From NCBI GenBank assembly GCA_965214095.1, contig OZ243938.1, forward strand, positions 2,112,001 through 2,176,000: a stretch of 64,000 nucleotides of DNA, given 5' to 3'. A program made the translations under genes and the position numbers. Shown one piece after another: positions 11,578-21,700 of the stretch; positions within the stretch are counted from its first letter, which is position 1, and every line of letters starts with the position of its first letter. The notes below the pieces were generated by a model. The model worked only from the letters and a program-made list of their open reading frames with translations. It did no database searches and was not told the DNA's origin. The stretch is from Candidatus Poribacteria bacterium (lineage in GTDB: Bacteria; Poribacteria; WGA-4E; WGA-3G).

Positions 11578-12102
11578 TCTGTAATTCTTATTACTAAGAA
11601 ATTTTCAAAATTGTGGAATGTGGTAAAAAAATGTTTAAATAAGGTTATTGACATCAATATAAATGTAACAAATAGTAAATATAAAATATTATCACAATTC
11701 TACTTCTAAGTCAAGTATATCCAAATATTAACATAGCATCCATTCATAAAAAAAGCCACCATAATAATAAATAGTGTAAAGTCAAAATATATTATATGGT
11801 TAATATTATATAACGCCTTTATACTATTTTATGGTTATTTTGTATTTTCTTTCCTATATCTATAATATGATCCCGTAAGTTATAAACGATTATATGGTAG
11901 GAATATAACCCAAAACCATAAATATATCAAAACGCCAGTTGAATGATCTAAAGTCAATCCATTCAATAGGTTTGAAATGAAACCTTAATCAACATATAAA
12001 GTGTTTCATTGAATTATCCGCTCTACAAAACCATAAATACACATAACAAACCCAATCTATCTTACTTTTTCTGGTAAAAAGAGCGAAATTTCTATAATTT
12101 TG

Positions 12103-12131
12103 TTGACATTACACCACTATATCCATATAAT
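12103..12131 (+). promoter_or_regulatory. sigma70-type promoter
   Basis: TTGACA-17nt-TATAAT, perfect consensus. Confidence 0.7.
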
Positions 12132-12230
12132 TAATAGTGTTAAGACTTATATAAATATTGTATAATAATATTTATAGTCTTAATCTTATTATACGCGTTA
12201 TATACCATAATTTGATGTAAAGGGGAGACA

Positions 12231-12582
12231 TTGAAGACTTTAAATTTCTATCCCAAAGCGATTCTATCCATTTTACTTTCTCTGTTAACGATATTTTGTA
12301 TTCAGATATCTGGTTATGCGAACAACAATCCTGTTTTACTGGTGGTGATTCATCAGAACGAGATGTTCGTGAGCATTACGCTGCCGATGAAAACATTGGT
12401 GACCTTGGATCCTACAACCGATGATGCCTAATCAATTGTCTGGGTGGTGGAGATGTGTCTGAGTTTGATATAGAGAGCACTATCGGACAGTTAAAGACGA
12501 AGAGAACACTTGATTATGAAAACAAGTAAACTTATAAGTTGACATTTACTGTCTTAGTCAACAGTGACGGGAGTGATACTAT
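12231..12582 (+). pseudogene. frameshifted signal peptide + cadherin-domain gene remnant
   Basis: Signal peptide, NNNPV, then in other frames TGGDSSERDVRE..ENIGD and LGGGDVSEFDIESTIGQLKTKRTLDYENK*; ends at a MITE. Confidence 0.75.
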
Positions 12583-12717
12583 TATAGCGAAATCATAAAA
12601 TTTGTGCACAATCCCGGTAGATGCGGTTTCCTAACCGCATCTATGTGACTAAACAAACACCGGTTCGGTTCTGAAACCGAACCTACCGTCGTGTGCAAAT
12701 AATTATGGTTTTTACTA
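12583..12717. mobile_element. TA-bounded MITE with two REP-like hairpins
   Basis: Homologous to 24560-24981 and 46818-47088. Imperfect TIRs (tatagcgaaatcataaaatttgtgcaca / gtgtgcaaataattatggtttttacta); internal GTAGATGCGGTTTCCTAACCGCATC and GGTTCGGTTCTGAAACCGAACCTACC. Confidence 0.7.
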
Positions 12718-12734
12718 GAAGAAGGAAGTTTACG

Positions 12735-15700
12735 GTGAAAAGAATATTTGTTTTGGTTTCATTTTTTTTGATTCTTGGTTTACAAATAACAGGTTTTACG
12801 GAAATCACTCCAGTGGTTGATCGCACAACACAGGTACGTGATGCTATAGTGGCTGCTGCGAGTGTTAATTCCGCAAGTGATGTGACTGAGACACAACTTG
12901 TTGCTATCACAAGTCTGAACCTACGTTCAAAAGGTATTACAGCACTAAAATCTGGTGATTTTTCTGGGATGACTGGATTAACAAGTCTGAATTTGTATAA
13001 TAACGAACTCAGCAGTCTACCTGACGGTATCTTTGAAGGACTTACTGCGTTGTCAAGTCTGCGATTAGGTGGCAACACTGTTGATCCGATGCCGATAACC
13101 GTATTACTTGAAGAAGTCGGAGAAGACCAAATCAAAGCAATTGCACCCACAGGTGCTCCTTTTGATATAGTGCTCCCAATTAGTGTTACTAATGGTAGTC
13201 TTTCTGAAGATGTTACTTCGCTTACTATTTCCAAAGGTAGTACGAAAAGTAATTTAGTGCTAGTTTCTCGAACTGCGGGAACGACTGCAGCGGTAACTGC
13301 CAATATCGGAACATTATCCAGTGTACCGAATAATCACTACGGTTATGCACTCTCCAAATCCGATACATTACCGCTTGAAGTTATCGGTGTCATCAGTACG
13401 CCACCAGAAACTCCGATAGAACCAGAAACACCAGTGGAACCAGAAACACCAGTGGAACCAGAAACACCTGATAATACGGCCCCGATGTTCAATGATGACA
13501 CTATTGTCGTCCGTTCGGTATCTGAAAACACAGCACCAGATGTGAATATTGGGAGTGCGGTTTCAGCCACTGATGCTGAAAATAATACATTAATATATAG
13601 TCTCAGTGGAGTGAATGCGGACTCATTTTCAATTGTAAGTACGACAGGACAATTAAAAACGAAATCTTCATTGAACTATGAGACAAAACGGATTTATTCA
13701 GTATCAATTACTGTCTCCGATGGGAACCTTACAGATTCTATAACTGTGATTATCAGCATAATTGATATAGACGAAACACCTTATGTTTCTACAATGCTTT
13801 CTGTTGAGGATCGCACACCAGAAGTGCGTGATGCTATTGTTGCAGCAATACCCAGTGTAAGTGCTGCTGAAGATGTGACTGAAACTCACCTTGCAGCGAT
13901 TACCTCTCTAAACCTTCGGACTGCTGGGATTTCAGAACTCAAAACAGGCGATTTTTCAGGTTTAACAGGTCTTACAAATCTAAGTCTCTACGACAATATG
14001 TTGGAGAGACTACCCGTAGGCATATTTGAAGGACTCACATCGCTAACTACCCTTCGTTTAGGTAGTAACCTTGCAGACCCAATACCGCTCATTGTATCAC
14101 TTCAACAAGTTGCTGCTGATCAGTTCCAGGCTATTGTTCATACAGGGGCACCATTTAATGTTGTCCTACCGATAGAAGTGACCAATGGCATAACGAGTAA
14201 TGGAGAAACGACAATCACAATACCACAAGGGAGTCTGAAGAGTGATGCATTCACTGTCGTATCAACGAGCACATTAGAGGCTATTGGCGTATCTATTGGA
14301 ACATTACCTTCCTTACCCGCGAACCATTATGGTTATATTTTGGCAAGATCAGCAGTGTGTAGCCGCACTCCGCAAGTCGCAGATGCAATTGCCGCTGCTG
14401 TGTCCGGTGCAAGTGACTGCAATAATGTGACAGATGTTGATTTAGCGACCATCACATCGCTTGATCTAAGCGATGTGGATATTACATCACTGAGAACAGA
14501 TGATTTCTCAGGATTACTGTCACTATCAGCACTCAACCTTTCAAATAACCTATTAGATAGTCTACCTGACGGTATTTTTGACAGTTTGACATCATTAACA
14601 TCCCTTAACTTGAGTGGTAATACTGTTGACCCATTTCCCTTTGGGATTGCATTGGAGAAGGTTGGAGAAGACCAATTCACAGCCGGAATATTAACAGGTG
14701 CTCCTTTTGATATTGTTTTGCCGATCACTGTAGCGAATGGTAGTCTCAGTGGTAATGTGACGACTCTTACGATTCTTCAAGGGAACAGAGACAGCATGGC
14801 TGTGAGTGTTGTCCGAACTCCTAAAACTTTTGGGGCTGTCACAGTTAATTTGGGTGCCTTACCGAGTCTACCTACAATACAAACAGGTTATGCACTTGTC
14901 AAGTCCAATCAAGTGCCGTTGGAGATTCTTCCAGCACTAAATGTTGCGCCTGAGTTCATTGATGGTGAGAGCACAACGCGTTCTATTGCAGAACGGACAG
15001 TAGCCGATGTAAATATCGGTAGTCCTGTTTCCGCTACGGATGGTGATGGTGATACTCTAACCTATAATCTTAGTGGTACCGATGTTGAATCTTTTAATTT
15101 TGATAGTACGACAGGGCAACTAAAAACAAAATCTGAACTGGATTATGAAGAAAGAATATCTTATACGGTCACAATTACTGTTTCCGATGGCGTTCTCACA
15201 GATACTATCACAGTTACCATCAATATTACTGACATAAATGATAACCGTAGACCTGAGTTTACAGAAGGTGATAGTGCTACAAGGATCATAGCGGAAAGTA
15301 CGAATGCTGGTGTAGACATTGGGAGTGCTGTTTCCGCAACCGATCCTGATGAGGACACCCTGACCTATAGTCTTTCAGGCACAGATGCTTCTGCATTTGA
15401 TATTGACAGTTCAACAGGTCAATTACAAACGAAAGCATCCTTAGATTATGAAACGAAATCATCATATTCGGTAACAGTAGATGTATCTGACGATGAGTTT
15501 TCGGACAGTATTACTGTCACAATCAACATCGCAGATATAGATGAAACCACTGCCGATGTAAATGATGACACACCGAATAACGCGCCTGTTTTTACCGACG
15601 GTGAGTCTACTACGCGATCCGTTGCAGAAAATACGGGTTCCGGTGTTGACATTGGTAATCCTATTTCTGCAACAGATGAAGACAAAGACACTTTAAGCTA

Positions 15701-18700
15701 CAGTCTTGGCGGTACAGATGCATTATCGTTCAGTGTCGGTAGCACGAATGGTCAATTGCGAACAAGCGCAGCTCTCAACTATGAAACGAAATCTTCCTAT
15801 TCAGTGATAATAACGGTTTCTGATGGCAATGAAGGCAGTGCTACCATCAGCGTAACCATCAATATTACAGATGTGTTAGAGAAAACCAATACAGCTCCTC
15901 AGTTCACGGATGGCAGTACCACGTCGCGTTCGGTTGCTGAGAATATAGGATCGGGTGTAGATATTGGCAGTGCTGTCTCTGCGACAGATGCTGACGATGA
16001 TACTTTAACTTATAGTCTCGGTGGCACAGATGCAGCATCTTTTACCGTTGGAAGTGCGAATGGTCAACTGCGAACGAGCGCATCACTTGATTATGAAACG
16101 AAGTCCTCCTATTCAGTGATGATCACGGTCACCGATGGAAGAGGTGGAAGTGATTCTATTGTTATCACAATCAATGTTACGGATATTGTTGAGGCAACAA
16201 ATACAGCACCCACATTCACAGATGGCAGCAGCACATCTCGTTCCATAGCAGAGAACACAGGTTCGGGTGTAGACATTGGCAGTGCTGTTTCTGCGACAGA
16301 TGCTGACGATGACACGTTGTCTTACAGTTTAGGTGGAACGGATGGGTCCTCATTTAGTATTGATAGTAGTTCAGGACAACTCCGCACCAGTGCATCGCTG
16401 GATTATGAAACAAAGTCATCATATATCGTAACGATGACCGTATCTGATGGAAAAGGTGGTAGTGACAGCATCACAATCACTATCAATATCACTGATGTAG
16501 ATGAAGCGACGAATACTGCACCAATCTTCACAGAGGGTAGCAGTACATCGCGCACCATAGATGAGAATACGGGTTCGGGTGTAGACATTGGCAGTGCTGT
16601 TTCTGCGACAGATGCTGACAATGATACTTTAACTTATAGTCTCAGTGGCACAGATGGATCTTCGTTTAGTATTGATAGTAGTTCAGGACAACTCCGCACC
16701 AGTGCATCACTGGATTATGAAACCAAGTCATCCTATACCGTAACGATTTCTGTCTCCGATGGGAATGGTGGTAGTGCAAGTATCACGGTCACCATTGATG
16801 TCAACGATATCGACGAAAGTCCTGCCAACAACGTTCCTGTCTTCACAGATGGCAGCAGCACGACCCGCACTATTGCTGAAAATACAGCAACGAATGTGAA
16901 CATTGGTAGTCCTGTGTCTGCAACTGATGCTGACGATGATACATTATCCTATGGTTTGATTGGCATAGATGCCAGTTCTTTTAGCATTGATAGCACGACA
17001 GGACAGTTGAAAACAAAAGCAGCTCTTAACTTTGAAACGAAAGCTTCGTATAAAGTCACGGTGTCCGCATCTGATGGTCAAGGTGGCAGTACCAGGATCA
17101 ACGTAACGATAAACGTCACGAATGTCAACGAAGCACCGGTGTTTACTGCGGGAACAAGCACAATCCGCTCAATCGCAGAAAACGCTGGTTCTGGCATAAA
17201 TATAGGGAGTGTTGTGTCTGCAACGGATGTTGACAGCCCGACATTAACCTATACCCTCGGTGGTACGGACGCAGCATCATTTGACATTGAATCTACAACA
17301 GGACAATTGAAAACGAAGGTAGCTTTGGATTATGAAACAAAAGCATCCTATTCCATAACCATTACGGTATCAGATGGCAGCCTTACGGATTCCATCACAG
17401 TGACAATCAACGTCCGAGACTTAGACGAAACACCTTCAAACATTGCGCCTGTTTTCACTGATGGTGACGATACAACACGTTCAATTGCAGAGAATACTGC
17501 ATCTGAGACCAACATTGGAGATGCAATTGCTGCTACAGACGAGGATAGTGCTGTCCTCGCATATCTACTTAGTGGAACAGATGCTTCTTCATTTACCATT
17601 GATGGGACTACAGGACAGTTGAAAACAAGTGCTGTCTTGAACTTTGAAACGAAAGCGAAATATACAGTGACTGTGACCGTCTCCGATGGTAGTCTTACCG
17701 ACAAAATTACTGTCACGATTAACGTCACAAATGTCAACGAAGCCCCTGTGTTCACGGCAGGTGCGACAGCAACACGTAGTGTTGCAGAAAATACGGCAGC
17801 AGAGACGAACATTGGTGCTGTTCTTGCGGCAACCGATCCCGATGCTAACGACACCATAACTTACAGCCTCGGTGGCACGGATGCGGCATCGTTCAATATT
17901 GTCAGCACATCCGGTCAACTTAAAACGAAAGCAGCACTTGATTATGAAACCAAAACTTCCTACGAGGTCACGGTGACTGCGACTGATTCTGGGAATGCTA
18001 CTGACACAATCTCTGTCACGATCAATGTCTCGGATGTCAATGAGAACCGTGCCCCAGCATTTGCGAGTGAAAGCACCACTCGTTCCATCGCAGAAAACAC
18101 AGGTTCTGGTATCAACATTGGAGATGCTGTCTCCGCTACAGACCCCGACACCGACGACACACTTGTATATTCACTGGGAGGCACAGATGCTGCGTCCTTT
18201 GATATTGGCAGCACAAATGGACAACTCAGAACAAAAGCTGCTCTGGACTATGAAACAAAATCCTCATATTCCGTGACAGTATCGGTCTCTGATGGAAACG
18301 GAGGAACGGATTCAATATCTGTCACCATCAATATTACAGATGTCAATGAGAACCGTGCCCCAGCATTTGCGAGTGAAAGCACCACACGTTCCATCGCAGA
18401 AAACACAGGTTCTGGTGTCAACATCGGAGATGCTGTCTCCGCGACAGATCCCGACACCGATGACACGTTGGAATATTCACTCGGTGGCACAGATGCCGCT
18501 TCATTTGACATCGGCAGCACAAACGGACAACTCAGAACAAAAGCTGCTCTTGATTATGAAACCAAAGCCTCGTATTCCGTTACAGTATCTGTTTCTGACG
18601 GAAATGGTGGTACAGATTCAATATCTGTCACCATCAATATTACAGATGTCAATGAAAACCGTGCCCCCGTATTTGCGAGTGAAAGCACCACACGTTCCAT

Positions 18701-21700
18701 CGCAGAAAACACAGGTTCTGGTGTCAACATCGGAGATGCTGTCTCCGCGACAGATCCCGACACCGATGACACGTTGGAATATTCACTCGGTGGCACAGAT
18801 GCCGCTTCATTTGAAATCGGCAGCACAAACGGACAACTCAGAACAAAAGCTGCGCTTGACTATGAAACCAAAGCCTCGTATTCCGTTACAGTATCTGTTT
18901 CTGACGGTAATGGTGGCACAGATTCGATCTCCGTCACCATCAATGTTACGGATGTGCCCGAGAACCGTGCCCCGGCATTTAGCACGGACAGTGCTACGCG
19001 ATCCGTCGCTGAAAATACAGGTTCCGGTGTCAACATCGGCATAGCAATTACCGCAACCGATCCTGATAGTAGTGACACGTTGGAATACTCACTGGGTGGC
19101 ACAGATGCGAGTTCTTTTAGTATTGACAGCACATCAGGACAACTCAGAACAAATGCTGCGCTAAACTATGAAACCAAAAGCTCGTACTCCGTGACGGTTT
19201 CTGTTTCGGATGGAAATGGTGGAACGGATTCTATCGCTGTCACCATCAACGTTACAGATGTCAACGAAGCACCCACATTTACGGAGAATTCACCAACCAC
19301 GCGGTCAATTTCAGAAAATACAGCTTCGGACACGAATATCGGGAGTGCTGTGTCTGCGACTGATCCGGATTCGGGTGACTCTTTGACTTATGGTCTTGGT
19401 GGGACAGATGCGGCTTCGTTTAGCATTGATAGTAGTTCAGGACAATTGAAAACAAAAGCCGCACTTGACTATGAAGATGATGATGGTTATGAAGTGACCG
19501 TTATTGTCTCTGATGATAACTCATCAACTTCAATCACTGTCAACATTTCTATCTCGGATGTCAACGAAGCACCTACATTCACAGAAAGTTCACCAGCGAC
19601 TCGGTCTATAGATGAACATACTGTTTCTGGACAGAATATCGGAAGTGCTGTATCCGCTACAGATCCTGAGGGTGATACGTTGACATATACACTTGAAGGC
19701 ACAGATGCCTCATCCTTCAGTATTGTCAGCACGAGTGGGCAGCTACAGACAAAGGTTGCATTGGATTATGAAACTACGACTTCATACTCTGTATCAGTTA
19801 AGGTCTCTGACAGTTCTCTTACAAGCACAATCTCTGTCACCATCAATGTTACCGATGTCACTGAGAACCGTGCACCCTCATTTTCAGACAGTAGTTTCTC
19901 TTACAGAATATCAGACATTGAAAACGCATCTGTGGGGGATAGCATTGGTGATCCTGTCACTGCGTCCGATGCCGATGACGACACATTGAGTTATAGTGTT
20001 GGTGGGGATGATGCCGCTCTGTTTGATATTGATAGCAGTTCTGGACAACTGAAAGTCACACAATCTCTTATTGATCATAGCAGTTCTGCTTATTCAATAA
20101 AGGTGATTGCTACGGATCCTGATGATGCCACAGCTGAAATATCAGGAACGATATTTGTTACCCGTGTCACAAGACAATTAGCAAACAACCCACCTATATT
20201 TGATGATGGTGAAAGCATAACCCTTTCAGTCGCAGAAAATACTGCATCCGGAGTAAATATCGGTACTCCTATCACTGCCACAGACGATGATGCAGACGAT
20301 ACATTGACCTATAGTTTGGAAGGCACAGATGCGGCTTCGTTTTCTATTGTCAGCACGAGTGGACAGTTGCAAACCAGTACCGCGTTAGACTATGAAACAA
20401 AGAACTCATATTCGGTAACTGTCAAGGTCACTGATGATAGTGGGGCAAGTAACAATAGTGACACGATTGCTGTTGCCATCAATGTGACTGACGTGGATGA
20501 AGGTATTACTCCTGAAATAAACAATGCCCCAGTATTTGCTGATGAGAGCACAACCCTTTCAGTCGTAGAAAATACTGCATCCGGAGTAAATATCGGTAGT
20601 CCTATCACTGCCACAGATGATGATGCAAGCGATACATTGACCTACAGTCTTGAAGGCACAGATGCAGCATCGTTTTCTATTGTTAGCACGAGTGGACAGT
20701 TGCAAACCAGTGCTGCGTTGGACTATGCAACGAAGAACTCATATTCTATAACTGTGAAAGTCACTGACGATAGTGGTGCAAGTAATAATAGTGATACCAT
20801 CACTGTTACGATCAATGTCACAATCGAAACACTTCTCAGTAACCGTACAGCTGGGGTTAGGAATGCGATTTTAAATGCTATTGAAGGTGTAGATGATGCA
20901 GCTGATGTTACTGAAACGCATCTTGCAGCGATCACAGGAACATTAGACCTAGCTGGGGATAAAAGTATCAGGGCAAATGGTCTCAAATCTGGCGATTTTG
21001 AAGGTCTTACCAGTTTGACAGGACTCAGCTTGGGACAAAACGAGTTAACAATACTTCCAGATGGCATTTTTGAGGATCTTACCAGTTTAACAACACTCGA
21101 CTTGACTGGAAACGAGTTAACATCACTTCCAGATGACATTTTTGAGGATCTTACCAGTTTGACAACACTCAAGTTGATCAGTAACGATATAACAACACTT
21201 CCAGATGGCATTTTTGACAATCTTACCAGTTTGACACTCCTTGACTTCTTTCTAAACGAGTTAACATCACTTCCAGATGGCATTTTTGATAACCTCACCA
21301 GTTTGACACACCTTAACTTGGATTTTACCGAGATCGCATCGATATCTGCTACAATCTTTGATAATCTGACTTCGCTTACGATACTTGAGTTTGAAGCCGG
21401 TAACTTAACAAGTCTTCCAGCGGGTGTTTTTGACAACCTTACAGCACTGACAAGACTTGATCTGGATGGTCATGAAATCAGCATATTACCTGATGGGATC
21501 TTTAAGAATCTTACTAATCTGGAGATCCTTGAATTGGATAGTAATGAATTGTCTACTATACCAGCAGGAACGTTTGCCGGTTTAACCAATATAAAAGAAC
21601 TCTATTTATATGGTAACGCAGTTGAACCGCTGCCTATCAATATAGATTTTGTGGCAGTTCCAGGAGGTAAAATTAAAGCGGTTGCTCCGATAGGCGCACC

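Noticed and set aside
11580-12230. Very AT-rich intergenic stretch as a possible origin
   Set aside because: No DnaA-box cluster or iterons seen; consistent with a divergent promoter region.
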